Origin: an uncultured Gemmatimonadales bacterium
Lineage (GTDB): Bacteria; Gemmatimonadota; Gemmatimonadetes; Longimicrobiales; RSA9
Direction: 5' to 3'
DNA length: 64,000 nt
Assembly (NCBI GenBank): GCA_963798845.1
Contig: CAWCUS010000002.1
Location: 384,001 to 448,000, forward strand
Shown here: piece after piece, positions 45,978 through 55,836 of the stretch
Numbering within the stretch: the stretch's first letter is position 1
Layout of the letters: each line of letters opens with the position of its first letter
Position numbers and translations under genes: made by a program
Notes under the pieces: generated by a model
Seen by the model: the letters and a program-made list of their open reading frames with translations, nothing else
What the model was told of the DNA's origin: nothing
Databases searched by the model: none

Positions 45978-48900
45978 TCACCTTCGCCCCCCCTCCAGCT
46001 CGGCGAGTCGGGCGCGCAGCCGCTCGAGCCGCCGCTGCTGGCCCGCCGTCGCCGGGTAGAGCGTTCCGGGTTGCACTCCGCCGCCGTCCACCTCGCGGAA
46101 CAGTGCCGCGGCCTCGCGGCGAACCCGCCCGAGCGCGGCGCGCGCGGCGTCCCCGTCGCGGGTGGTGGCGGCCGCCGCCGCTCGCCGCTGGATGTCCATC
46201 GTGCCGAGCAGGAACCGCTCGCGGGCGCGGTAATCCTCATCTCCCAGCATCGGCATGAGCGGATCGCCGCGCACCATCACGTCCTGACGCGGGTGCGCGC
46301 CCCCTGATTCGAGCGTGACGGTGTACGTCCCCGGCGAGACGAAGGGACCACGCGGGCCGAGCGGGTGCGGCATTGGCTCCGCTTCACGGCCCTCCGCGGC
46401 CACAGGCGCTGCCGCGGGCCCCGCTTCCGGCTGGACCGGTGCGTAGCGGAGGTCCCACACCACGCGGTGGATCACGCCCGCATCGCCGGACACATGGAGG
46501 GTGCGGACGGTGTCGCCTCCCCGGGTGATGACGATGCGGGCGTCGCTGGACGGAGCCGCGAGCCGATAGTCGATGATGGCCCCCTCGGGCGGATTTTCCC
46601 CGGTCCAGTCGGCCATGCCCCGGTACGACGTGTCCTTCCAGTACTGGCGCAGAGTGGCGGAGCGGACGGGGAAGAGAGCCACGTCGTCGCGGGCCGCGGC
46701 GGCGAGCGCGACGGGCAATGCGTCGTCGAGGATCCACAGCCCTCGTCCGTGGGTGGCCGCGACGAGGTCGCCTTCCCGGGGGTGGATGAGGAGGTCGTCG
46801 TACGCGGTGGTCGGGAGGTTGGCGCCGAACCGCTGCCAGGACGCTCCCGCGTCGGTGGAGACCCAGAGCGCGTGCTCCGTCCCCAGGAAGAGCACGTGCG
46901 GGTTGTCGGGGTGCTCAAGGATGACGTTGACGGAGCCCTCCGGGTCGAGTCCCGCGACGAGCGGCGTCCACGTCCTACCGAAGTCGTCGGTGCCGAAGAC
47001 GTAGGGCGCGAAGTCGCCATCGCAATGGGCGTCGAACGTGGCGTAGGCGATGGCGGCTCCGAAGCGCGAGCCAATGACCCGGCTGACGTACGTCCCGGCG
47101 GGGAGGCCGCTGACGTTGCGGTCCACGCGTGTCCAGGTGTCGCCGCCGTCACGGGAGAGGACGAGGCTGCCGTCATCGGCCCCCACCCAGAGGACGAGGG
47201 AGTCCACCGGAGACTCCGCGATGGTCACGATCTCGCCGTAGCTTTCGGTGCCGTCGTTCTTGGACAGGGTGATGTCCGCGCCCGTCACGCCCATGAGCGC
47301 GAGCGTGTCGCGGTCCACCTGGCGGGTCAGGTCGGGCGAGCGCGCCCAGGTGGCGCCGCGGTCGTGGGAGATGAAGAGCCGGTTGCCGCCGACGTAGAAC
47401 GTCTTCGGATCGTGGGGTGAGAGGAGGCTCGGAGCGACCCAGTCGAAGCGATAGTCCGGCTCGCCCTCCGGCGGCACGGGACGGATGTCCATGCGGTCGC
47501 CCGTGAACGCGTCCACGCGCGTGTACCCGCCGTTCTCGTTGTTGCTGTCAATGTAATGGGCGCTGGTGGGGTCCGCCTGCTGGTACATCCCGTCGCTGAA
47601 CCCGATCTGCCTCCAGTCCCCGGCCAGGATCCCGGCCCAGTGGCGCGTGGCGCTGGGTCCCATCCACGAGTGGTTGTCCTGGAGCCCGACGTAGAGCCAG
47701 TACGGGTCGCGCATGTCGGCGCCAATGGCATATGCCTGGGCAACGGGGATGTTGTTCAGGCGGATGTAGGTCGCGCCGCGGTCCCAGGTCTCGTACAGGC
47801 CGCCATCCCCGCCCAGGTAGTAGTGGTCCGGGTTGCGCGGGTCGATCCACATGGCGTGGTGGTCGCTGTGCACGCCCACGTCGTAGGCAAGGCGGCCGGA
47901 CACGTCGGTCCACGTGCGGCCGCCGTCCTCGCTGCGACCCGAGTAGGTGGCGAGCGTGTAGACGCGATCCGCATCCGAGGGGTCGATGTAGATCGCGCTG
48001 TAGTACGAGGGGCGGATGTCGCGGTCGCTCATGCGAGTCCAGCGGGCGCCGCCGTCCTCGGTGCGGTACACGCCGCCAGAGTCCGGGTGCTCGACAATGG
48101 CGTCCACAATGCCGCACATGCTCGCCGCGGCGGCGAGCCCGATCCGCCCCTTGTCGCCCGAAGGGAGGCCCTGCTCCATGCGACGCCACGTTTCGCCCCC
48201 ATCCGTACTCTTCCAGATCCCGCTTCCCGGGCCTCCCCCGTTGAACCCCCAGGTGCGCCGGAGCCGCTGGTAGGTGGCCGCGTACAGGGTGTTCGGGTCG
48301 CACGCGTCCATGGCGAGGTCGGTGGCTCCGGTGAGGGTGTCCACGTAGAGCGTCTTCTGCCAGTTCCGGCCTCCGTCCCGGGTCACGAATACGCCGCGGT
48401 CCCGGCCGGGCGCCCAGAGATTGCCCTGGGCGGCAACCCACGCGTGGTCCGGGTCGGCGGGGTCGACGACGATGCGGCCGATGTGGCGGGTATTCACGAG
48501 GCCCAGGTGCGTCCAGGTCTTCCCGGCGTCGGTCGAGCGGTAGACGCCGCTGCCCCAGGAGGTGCTCTGCCGGTTGTTCTGCTCGCCCGTCCCAGCCCAG
48601 ACGACGTCAGGGTCGGACGGCGCGATGGCCAGGTCGCCGAAGGTGCTGTTCTCCTGGTGGTCGAAGATCGGCGTCCACGTCGTTCCCTTGTTCGTGGACT
48701 TCCAGATCCCGCCGGTGGCGGCCGCGACGTAGATCGTGGAGGGGTCGAAGGGGAGCGCTTCGATGTCGTGGATGCGGCCGCCCGTCACCGCGGGACCGAT
48801 CGAGCGGAACGCGAGCTCCCGGTAGAGCTCCGGGACCGCCGCGTGCGGCGCGTCCGCGCTGCCCTGCTCGGACTGCGCGGCCGCGTGCACCGGATGGATG

Positions 48901-49028
48901 AGCGCCGCGCAGGCCGCGCCGGCCGCGAGCACCAGGGCTGCGGCCAGGGCGGGGAGCGGCGGATTGGACGGGGTGGACGCGAAGGTCGATGCCGTCGGTG
49001 GTTGGCCCATCGTCAGGAAGGAGGACAT
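45978..49028 (-). CDS. Large secreted BNR/VPS10 (sortilin-like) beta-propeller protein
   Basis: Signal peptide, FRSIGPAVTGGRI, many SxDGGxTW Asp-box repeats, ATHGRGLWILD. Confidence 0.85.
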   Translation of the reverse strand: MSSFLTMGQPPTASTFASTPSNPPLPALAAALVLAAGAACAALIHPVHAAAQSEQGSADAPHAAVPELYRELAFRSIGPAVTGGRIHDIEALPFDPSTIYVAAATGGIWKSTNKGTTWTPIFDHQENSTFGDLAIAPSDPDVVWAGTGEQNNRQSTSWGSGVYRSTDAGKTWTHLGLVNTRHIGRIVVDPADPDHAWVAAQGNLWAPGRDRGVFVTRDGGRNWQKTLYVDTLTGATDLAMDACDPNTLYAATYQRLRRTWGFNGGGPGSGIWKSTDGGETWRRMEQGLPSGDKGRIGLAAAASMCGIVDAIVEHPDSGGVYRTEDGGARWTRMSDRDIRPSYYSAIYIDPSDADRVYTLATYSGRSEDGGRTWTDVSGRLAYDVGVHSDHHAMWIDPRNPDHYYLGGDGGLYETWDRGATYIRLNNIPVAQAYAIGADMRDPYWLYVGLQDNHSWMGPSATRHWAGILAGDWRQIGFSDGMYQQADPTSAHYIDSNNENGGYTRVDAFTGDRMDIRPVPPEGEPDYRFDWVAPSLLSPHDPKTFYVGGNRLFISHDRGATWARSPDLTRQVDRDTLALMGVTGADITLSKNDGTESYGEIVTIAESPVDSLVLWVGADDGSLVLSRDGGDTWTRVDRNVSGLPAGTYVSRVIGSRFGAAIAYATFDAHCDGDFAPYVFGTDDFGRTWTPLVAGLDPEGSVNVILEHPDNPHVLFLGTEHALWVSTDAGASWQRFGANLPTTAYDDLLIHPREGDLVAATHGRGLWILDDALPVALAAAARDDVALFPVRSATLRQYWKDTSYRGMADWTGENPPEGAIIDYRLAAPSSDARIVITRGGDTVRTLHVSGDAGVIHRVVWDLRYAPVQPEAGPAAAPVAAEGREAEPMPHPLGPRGPFVSPGTYTVTLESGGAHPRQDVMVRGDPLMPMLGDEDYRARERFLLGTMDIQRRAAAAATTRDGDAARAALGRVRREAAALFREVDGGGVQPGTLYPATAGQQRRLERLRARLAELEGGRR

Positions 49029-49127
49029 GAACGTTCTTCCGCGTGTGTCCGGGTGCAGTCTGCGGGTGGCCCTGGTTCCACTGCGAATCTAGTCCCGGGG
49101 GCCGCGCCGGTCCAAACGGGGGCGGCG

Positions 49128-49943
49128 CTAATCGACGGAGGCCAGGATCTCCGCGAGGGCGGCGTGCATGGCGGGGTTGCCGGCGAGGATGGCGCCGGCA
49201 GCGCGGACGTCCGGGTCGCCTGCGATGGAGGTCACCACGCCGCCAGCCTCACGGATCATGAGGGTGCCTGCGGCGATGTCCCAGGGCGCCAGCCAGAGCT
49301 CCCAGAAGGCGTCCAGCCAGCCGGTGGCAACGTGGCACAGGTCCAGGGCTGCGGCCCCGCAGCGCCGGACGCCGGACGTGCGGCGGATCACCCTGTCGAA
49401 CTGGCGCAGGTACGTGGGGAGGGCGTGGAGTAGCTTGAACGGGAAGCCGGTGCCCACCAGCGCGTGGTCGAGGCGCTCAATGGCTGAAACGTGGATCTGC
49501 CGACCGTCCAGATGGGCGCCACCGCCGGCCCGGGCGCTCCATTCGGCGCGCGTCGTGCCGTCGATCACCGCCCCCGCCACGACCTCGCCGCGGTGGGCGA
49601 CGGCGACGGACGCCGCGAACATGGGATACGCGTGCAGGAAGTTGGTGGTGCCATCGAGGGGGTCCACGATCCAGAGCCATTCGGCGCGCTCGAAGCGGGC
49701 GCGGAACACGCCGGCATCCAGGGTTTCCGTGGATTCCTCCGCCAGGATGTCGTGCCCGGGGCAGCAGGACCGGATATGGTCCAGCACCCGGGCTTCGGCC
49801 TCCCGGTCCACGCGGGTCACGAAATCGGCCGTGCCCTTTTCCGACCATTCGCTCGGGTCCAGCGTGCCGATCTCGCGGGCGTGGATGTCCACGGCCCTCC
49901 GGGCCGCATCCAGTGCGATCTGCTCCAGGTCGGCTCGCTCCAT
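49128..49943 (-). CDS. suhB: Inositol monophosphatase family protein (SuhB-like)
   Basis: DFVTRVD, WIVDPLDGTTNF, GTGFP, GAAALDL, WDIAAG. Confidence 0.9.
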   Translation of the reverse strand: MERADLEQIALDAARRAVDIHAREIGTLDPSEWSEKGTADFVTRVDREAEARVLDHIRSCCPGHDILAEESTETLDAGVFRARFERAEWLWIVDPLDGTTNFLHAYPMFAASVAVAHRGEVVAGAVIDGTTRAEWSARAGGGAHLDGRQIHVSAIERLDHALVGTGFPFKLLHALPTYLRQFDRVIRRTSGVRRCGAAALDLCHVATGWLDAFWELWLAPWDIAAGTLMIREAGGVVTSIAGDPDVRAAGAILAGNPAMHAALAEILASVD

Positions 49944-50069
49944 GGGTTTCGTGACGCCTGTTCTCGGGGTTCGTCCGGCTGTTGCTGGCGGTCCTGCGTG
50001 CCGGTATCCTTGACGGACCGGGCCGCCGGGCGGAAAACATACCGAGGCGCGGTACGGCGGGACAGCAAC

Positions 50070-50084
50070 CGGCAGAGATCTTGC
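50070..50084 (+). promoter_or_regulatory. Candidate sigma54 promoter
   Basis: CGGCAGAGATCTTGC (GG-N10-GC) 41 nt upstream of ATG 50126, which has an AGGAG RBS. Confidence 0.55.
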
Positions 50085-50125
50085 GCTCGAGCGTTGATCC
50101 GGGGATGCAGCCAAGGAGAAGCGCG

Positions 50126-50416
50126 ATGGCGGAAGGCAATCGAGCCGGCGGCGAGCGCCACGGACGCTCGGAAGACGTGGTGGTCCTGACGTGCATTGAG
50201 TGCGGCCGGGACTACGAGTTCGGCGGGGACGAGGCGCCGCCGGGCGACCTGACGTGCGAGAAGTGCGGAAACCAGGTGTTCCGTCGCTTCGACGCCTCGA
50301 AGTCGCCGGACGAGGTGGAGTCGGACTTCCGGGAGGCGACGGAGCGGGACCTGGCCACGAACGACCCCGCCGGGGATGCGACGGCGGGGGACCTCCACGA
50401 CCTGAACAACCTTTAG
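50126..50416 (+). CDS. Small zinc-ribbon protein with acidic C-terminus
   Basis: CIECG...CEKCG; good RBS; stop codon abuts the dapA start. Confidence 0.8.
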   Translation: MAEGNRAGGERHGRSEDVVVLTCIECGRDYEFGGDEAPPGDLTCEKCGNQVFRRFDASKSPDEVESDFREATERDLATNDPAGDATAGDLHDLNNL

Positions 50417-51313
50417 ATGCCGAGAGAACCCTTGTTCCGAGGATCCGGCGTCGCGCTGGTCACGCCGTTCGACGAGGCCGGGGTGAACGCGGCCGTGATG
50501 CGCGAGCTAGCCCGATTCCACCTGGAGGAGGGGACGGATGCGCTGATCGTGTGCGGGTCCACCGGCGAGGCAGCCACGATGACGCCGGAAGAGCAGGCCA
50601 TGGCGGTGGCTGCGGTGGTGGAACAGGTAGCGGGGCAGGTCCCGGTCGTCGCCGGATGCGGCGGAAGCGACACGGCGGCGGTGTCGCGGCTGGCGGAAGG
50701 GGCGAGGAAGGCCGGCGCGGACGCGCTCCTGCTGAGCGCGCCGCCGTACAACAAGCCGCCGCAGCGCGGGCTGCTTGCGCACTTCCGGGCGGTGATGGAC
50801 GTGGGCGAGCTCCCGGCCATCATCTACAACGTCCCGGGACGCACGGCTGTGCCGATCGCGCCGTCGACGGTGGCGGAGCTGGCGGAGGACGAGCGGGTCC
50901 TGGGGGTGAAGGAAGCGTCGGGCGACCTGTCGCTGATCGCCGACCTGGCGGCGCTGCTGCGGGACCGGATCACGCTGTGGAGCGGGAACGACGATCAGGT
51001 CCTGCCGGTGCTGTCGCTCGGCGGACAGGGGGTGATCAGCGTCCTGGGCAACGTGGCGCCGGCCGACACGAGCCGCATGGTGCACGCGTACCTCGAAGGC
51101 GACACCGACACGGCCACCGACCTCCAGTTGCGCTACCTGCCGCTCATTCGCGCGCTCTTCGCCGTCTCCAACCCGATTCCCGTCAAAACGCTCACAGGTT
51201 GGCTCGGCTTCGACGTGGGGCCGCTCCGGCTCCCTCTCGTGCCGCTCACAGCTGCGGAGCGCGAGCGGCTCATCGCCGCGGCCGAGGACGCCGGGCTCGA
51301 GCCCCGGCACTGA
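50417..51313 (+). CDS. dapA: 4-hydroxy-tetrahydrodipicolinate synthase
   Basis: VALVTPF, GSTGE, PPYNKP, IYNVPGRT, GVKEASG, NPIPVK; clustered with dapB. Confidence 0.94.
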   Translation: MPREPLFRGSGVALVTPFDEAGVNAAVMRELARFHLEEGTDALIVCGSTGEAATMTPEEQAMAVAAVVEQVAGQVPVVAGCGGSDTAAVSRLAEGARKAGADALLLSAPPYNKPPQRGLLAHFRAVMDVGELPAIIYNVPGRTAVPIAPSTVAELAEDERVLGVKEASGDLSLIADLAALLRDRITLWSGNDDQVLPVLSLGGQGVISVLGNVAPADTSRMVHAYLEGDTDTATDLQLRYLPLIRALFAVSNPIPVKTLTGWLGFDVGPLRLPLVPLTAAERERLIAAAEDAGLEPRH

Positions 51314-51315
51314 CC

Positions 51316-52116
51316 ATGGCCCTCGATCTCGTGGTCTCGGGCGCCACCGGCCGAATGGGCCGGACGCTCGGATCGCTGATCCGCGAGACCGCCGACCTTC
51401 ACGCCATCGGCGGAATCGCCCCGGACGCTGCCGGGCAGGACGCGGCGGCGCTCGGGTTCGATACGCTGGTGGCGCTGGAGGACGCCGGCGGACTGATCCG
51501 GAGCACCGACGCCGTCATCGACTTTTCCGCCCCGGGGTACCTGGCGGCGCTTCTCGACGCCCACGCCGACGGCCTCGCCGGACGCGCGCTGCTGGTGGGG
51601 ACCACGGGGCTGGATGGGGACGTGGAAGCCCGGCTGGATCGGCTCGCACGATCGGCTGCGGTGCTCGTGGCGGCCAACTTCAGCGTCGGGGTGAACGTGC
51701 TCCTGGGGCTGGCGGAACAGGCCGCGCGCGCTCTCGGGTCGGCTGGCTACGACGTGGAGGTGGTGGAGACGCACCACCGTCGCAAGGAGGACGCGCCGAG
51801 CGGCACGGCGCTGGCCCTTGGCCGGGCCGTGGCCCGCGGACGCGGCGCGGAGCTGGAGTCGGCGCGGCGCGACGGTCGCAGCGGACGGACGGGTCGGCGC
51901 CCGGAAGGCGAGATCGCGTTCCACGCCCTGCGGGGCGGGGACGTGGTCGGCGAGCACACGGTTCACTTCCTCGGTCAGCGGGAGAGGATCGCGCTTTCGC
52001 ACGGAGCGCAGACGCGGGAGCTGTTCGCCGAGGGGGCTCTCGTGGCGGCGAGGTGGATGGTGGGGCGGGAGCCGGGGCGGTACGGGATGTCCGACGTCCT
52101 CGGGCTGCCCGGATAG
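51316..52116 (+). CDS. dapB: 4-hydroxy-tetrahydrodipicolinate reductase
   Basis: GATGRMG, IDFS, GTTG, ANFSVG, ETHHRRKEDAPSGTA, RGGDVVGEH. Confidence 0.95.
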   Translation: MALDLVVSGATGRMGRTLGSLIRETADLHAIGGIAPDAAGQDAAALGFDTLVALEDAGGLIRSTDAVIDFSAPGYLAALLDAHADGLAGRALLVGTTGLDGDVEARLDRLARSAAVLVAANFSVGVNVLLGLAEQAARALGSAGYDVEVVETHHRRKEDAPSGTALALGRAVARGRGAELESARRDGRSGRTGRRPEGEIAFHALRGGDVVGEHTVHFLGQRERIALSHGAQTRELFAEGALVAARWMVGREPGRYGMSDVLGLPG

Positions 52117-52214
52117 ACGCAGCGCGTCGTACGGGGAGGACGGGGCCTCCGCGGGCCGGCCGGCACGCCGCTGGGCCGAGCCCGCACACGATCACGACTG
52201 GCACACCGAATCCA

Positions 52215-52922
52215 ATGGATTACCGGGAGATTCGCGACCTGATCGCGAATGCGAAGAAGAGCACGCCGGTGACAGTGCACGTGCGCCACGAGGGCGCGCT
52301 GGAGGTGAAGGCCGGGAAGGGGCTGAAGGTGTTCCCGGCGGGCGCGGGCACCACGATCCTGATCGGCGAGTGGGAGCACGTCGCGGCGGCGCTGGAAGGC
52401 GCGAACGTGATGTACTACCACGTGGACAACGACTGCCGGAACTCTGCGATCCCGCTCCTCGACCTGAAGCGCCTGTCCGCCAGGATCGAGCCGGGGTGCC
52501 TCATCCGGGACGGCGCGGAGATCGGGGAGCGGGTCATCGGGATGATGGGCGCCGTGGTGAACATTGGCGCCGTGGTCGGCGACGGGACCATGCTGGACAT
52601 GAACTGCGTCGTGGGCGCGCGCGCGGTTGTGGGAAAGGACTGCCACGTGGGGGCGGGGGCGGTGCTGGCAGGGGTGCTGGAGCCGCCGAGCGCGCAGCCG
52701 GTGGTGATCGAGGACGAGGTGCTGATCGGCGCCAACGCCGTGGTGCTGGAGGGGGTGACCGTCGGCCGCGGGTCCGTGGTTGCGGCCGGTGCGGTGGTGA
52801 CGCGGGACGTCCCGCCGCTGACCGTCGTGGCGGGGCAGCCGGCGAGGGAGATCAAGAAGGTGGACGCGAAGACGAAAGACAAGACGAGCCTGCTGAAGGA
52901 GCTGCGGCGCCTGAACGACTGA
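52215..52922 (+). CDS. dapH: Tetrahydrodipicolinate N-acetyltransferase (DapH type)
   Basis: IANAKKSTPV, NDCRNSAIPLLD, ARIEPG, GAVLAGVLEPPSA, DapH-like N-terminal domain and C-terminus. Confidence 0.88.
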   Translation: MDYREIRDLIANAKKSTPVTVHVRHEGALEVKAGKGLKVFPAGAGTTILIGEWEHVAAALEGANVMYYHVDNDCRNSAIPLLDLKRLSARIEPGCLIRDGAEIGERVIGMMGAVVNIGAVVGDGTMLDMNCVVGARAVVGKDCHVGAGAVLAGVLEPPSAQPVVIEDEVLIGANAVVLEGVTVGRGSVVAAGAVVTRDVPPLTVVAGQPAREIKKVDAKTKDKTSLLKELRRLND

Positions 52923-52933
52923 GGCCGCAACCC

Positions 52934-52958
52934 CGGGGCTCGCCGCGGCGGGAGCCCC
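52934..52958 (+). terminator. GC-rich hairpin after dapH
   Basis: GGGGCTC...GAGCCCC inverted repeat; no U-tract. Confidence 0.4.
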
Positions 52959-53022
52959 GCCGTAGCATTCTCTCAGCCCGGCACCGCGCCGGGCGCGACC
53001 CGCAGTGAACTGGAAGGTTCCG

Positions 53023-53703
53023 ATGCCGGAGCTCTCGTCGATGGCGGATGTCGGCTGGGTGCACCCCGAGCTGTTCGGCCGCTTGCTGGTGGCGGCACTG
53101 CTGGGGGGCGTGATCGGGGTGGAGCGAGAATGGAGCGGAAAGCCGGCCGGCTTCCGGACCAACCTCCTGATCTGCCTGGGCGCGGCCCTGGTGACGGAAA
53201 TCTCCCTGGCGGTGGCCGCGGCGGGGAATCCCGCCGGAACCGCGGATCCCGGCCGGATCGCCGCTCAGATCGTGAGTGGCATCGGCTTCCTCGGGGCCGG
53301 CACGATCATCCAGTCGCGCGGATCCGTGGTGGGGCTCACCACCGCGGCCACGCTCTGGGTGGTCGCGGGAATCGGGATGGCGGTGGGCACCGGGGCGTAC
53401 GGCGACGCCGTGGTGGCCACGGCGCTGGTCGTGGTCGCGCTCCTGCTGCTGGCCCGGGTCGAGCCGGCGCTGCGGCGCAGGGAAGAGCAGACCCTGCGGC
53501 TGACCATGGGGCGCGACCCGGCCGTATCGGCGCGCGTGGAGTCATTGCTGGCAGAGCGTTTCGAGTACCACCTGCACGAAGCAGAGCGGACGGAGCGGCA
53601 GCTCACGCTGGAGTACCACGTGAGCGGCCGACGCCGGGACCTGGACGGAGTGGTCGAGCAACTGGCGGCGGTGGAAGGCGTGCAGCGGGTGGTGCGCCGC
53701 TGA
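53023..53703 (+). CDS. MgtC/SapB family membrane protein
   Basis: IGVERE, KPAGFRT, DPGRIAAQIVSGIGFLGAG, GLTTAATLW. Confidence 0.92.
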   Translation: MPELSSMADVGWVHPELFGRLLVAALLGGVIGVEREWSGKPAGFRTNLLICLGAALVTEISLAVAAAGNPAGTADPGRIAAQIVSGIGFLGAGTIIQSRGSVVGLTTAATLWVVAGIGMAVGTGAYGDAVVATALVVVALLLLARVEPALRRREEQTLRLTMGRDPAVSARVESLLAERFEYHLHEAERTERQLTLEYHVSGRRRDLDGVVEQLAAVEGVQRVVRR

Positions 53704-54734
53704 TGCCCCGACTGGTTGTGGACCTGGCGGACGCCCGCCCGATCTTCGCGCTCCCCCGGCGCGTGACGGAGGCGCTCCGCGCCGCGCTCCCCGCCGGCTG
53801 GGAGCTCACCGTGGTGGACGCTCCCGCGGACGGAACAGGCGACGGTGCGGAGCGGGCGTCGTCGGCCTCGCTCGCCGCCGTGGCCGACGCCGAAGTCTAC
53901 GTCGGCTTCGGCATTCCGGCGGCGCTGCTCGCGGCGGGCCCGCGCCTGCGGTGGGTCCACAGCGCGGCGGCTGGCGTGCGCGCCTCCCTCACACCCGAGC
54001 TGCGCGCCCGTGACCTGGTATTCACCAACTCCGCCGGCGTGCACGCTGCCCCGGTCGCGGAGACGGTGCTGGGCTACCTGCTCCACTTCGCCCGCGGGCT
54101 GGACCAGGCCGTAGCGAGCCAACGGGAGGAGCGGTGGGACAGGGCGTGGTTCGACCGGGGCGACTCGCCCGTACGGGAGCTGGGGCGGAGCACCGTGGGA
54201 GTCGTGGGGCTGGGCGGAATCGGCCGCGCGGTGGCGGAGCGGGTCAGGGCGTTCGGGGCGGAGGTGCTGGCGACGCGGCGTCGCCCGGATCGCCCCGCCG
54301 GCGTTGCGGGCGTGGAGGTTCTCGCCGGCGACGACGCGCTCGAGACTTTACTGGCGCGCAGCCACTACGTGGTCCTCACTCTCCCGGAAACCGGGCGCAC
54401 GTACGGCCTGATGGGAGCGGCGCGCATCGCCCGCATGCGGCCGGACGCGGTTCTGGTCAACGTGTCGCGCGGCAGGCTGGTGGACGAGGAGGCGCTGGGC
54501 GCGGCGCTGCGGGAGAGCCGGCTGCGGGGCGCCGCGCTGGACGTCTTCAGCCGCGAGCCGCTGCCGCCCGGCCACCCGCTGTGGCACACGCCCAACGTCC
54601 TGATCACGCCCCACACGTCAGGGTACACGCACGCGTTCTGGGAGCGCGAGATGGCCCTGCTTACGGCGAACCTGGCGCGCTGGGTGGCCGGAGATCCACT
54701 CGTGAACGTGGTCGATGTGGCTGAAGGCTATTAA
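53703..54734 (+). CDS. D-2-hydroxyacid dehydrogenase family protein
   Basis: LRWVHSAAAG, GLGGIG, VNVSRG, LDVF..EPL, ITPH. Confidence 0.92.
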   Translation: MPRLVVDLADARPIFALPRRVTEALRAALPAGWELTVVDAPADGTGDGAERASSASLAAVADAEVYVGFGIPAALLAAGPRLRWVHSAAAGVRASLTPELRARDLVFTNSAGVHAAPVAETVLGYLLHFARGLDQAVASQREERWDRAWFDRGDSPVRELGRSTVGVVGLGGIGRAVAERVRAFGAEVLATRRRPDRPAGVAGVEVLAGDDALETLLARSHYVVLTLPETGRTYGLMGAARIARMRPDAVLVNVSRGRLVDEEALGAALRESRLRGAALDVFSREPLPPGHPLWHTPNVLITPHTSGYTHAFWEREMALLTANLARWVAGDPLVNVVDVAEGY

Positions 54735-54774
54735 CTTGTCCGTCATCCCCCCGGACCCTCTCACATTTATAGCG

Positions 54775-55836
54775 ATGATCGAGATCCTGAAGAGCGCCAT
54801 CCGCCGTGGCGCGTCGGACATCCACATGAAGGCGGGTGACTACATCCGGGCGCGGGTCTACGGCGACCTGGTCCCGATCACGAAGCAGCAGGTGTCGCCG
54901 GCGCAGACGCGCCAGCTGGCCCAGCAGCTGGTGCCGGAGTGGGAGCGCGGGAACATAGACAAGCTGCGCGACTACGACTGCTCGTGGGGCGCGCCCGGTG
55001 TCGGCCGCTTCCGCGTGAACGTGTTCCGTCAGCGCGGGACCATGGGGATCATCATGCGGGTGATCCCGGTGGAAATCCCGACCCTGGAAGAGCTGGGACT
55101 GCCGCAGGTGCTGTCGGACATTGCGCTGTCGAACCGGGGAATGGTGCTGGTCACCGGGATCACGGGCGCGGGGAAGAGCACGACGCTCGCCGCCATGCTG
55201 AACCACGTGAACAACAACCGGTCCCACCACATCCTGACGCTGGAGGATCCCATCGAGTTCCTGCACAGGGACAACATGAGCTCCATCACGCAGCGGGAAG
55301 TGGGAACGGACACGGAGTCGTTCAACAAGGGTCTGCGAGCTGCGCTGCGCGAGGACCCGGACACGATCCTGGTGGGCGAGATGCGCGACACGGAGACCAT
55401 CGACATCGCGCTGAAGGCCGCCGAGACCGGACACCTGGTGTTCTCCACGCTGCATACGCAGAACGCGGTGAAGACGCTGACGCGCGTCGTCTCGGTGTTC
55501 CCGCGGGAGGAGCAGGAGATGGTGCGTGTCCGGCTGGCCGACACGATCCAGGCCGTGATCAGCCAACGGCTGCTCCCCCGCAAGGACGGGTCGGGGCGGA
55601 TCGCGGCGGTGGAGGTGATGGTGGCGACGTCGACGATCCGGGATCTGATTCTCGAGCCGCAGCGCATGGAGGAGATCACCGACCTGACGGCAGAAGGTCG
55701 GCAGCAGTACCGCTCCCAGACCTTCGACCAGCACCTGATGGAGCTGGTGACGAACGGGCTCGTGGACTTCGACGTGGCCAAGCAGGCAGCCAGCAACCCG
55801 TCCGATTTCGAGCTCAAGATGAGGACGCTTGCCTGA
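54775..55836 (+). CDS. pilT: PilT/PilU family type IV pilus retraction ATPase
   Basis: ASDIH, RFRVN, VTGITGAGKSTT, TLEDPIE, ALREDPD, GEMRD, AAETGHLVFSTLH. Confidence 0.92.
   Translation: MIEILKSAIRRGASDIHMKAGDYIRARVYGDLVPITKQQVSPAQTRQLAQQLVPEWERGNIDKLRDYDCSWGAPGVGRFRVNVFRQRGTMGIIMRVIPVEIPTLEELGLPQVLSDIALSNRGMVLVTGITGAGKSTTLAAMLNHVNNNRSHHILTLEDPIEFLHRDNMSSITQREVGTDTESFNKGLRAALREDPDTILVGEMRDTETIDIALKAAETGHLVFSTLHTQNAVKTLTRVVSVFPREEQEMVRVRLADTIQAVISQRLLPRKDGSGRIAAVEVMVATSTIRDLILEPQRMEEITDLTAEGRQQYRSQTFDQHLMELVTNGLVDFDVAKQAASNPSDFELKMRTLA

Noticed and set aside
49995..50040. Additional promoter motifs between suhB and the zinc-ribbon gene
   Set aside because: The minus-strand GGCACG has the wrong spacing to a GC, and the plus-strand TTGACG has no convincing -10 element.
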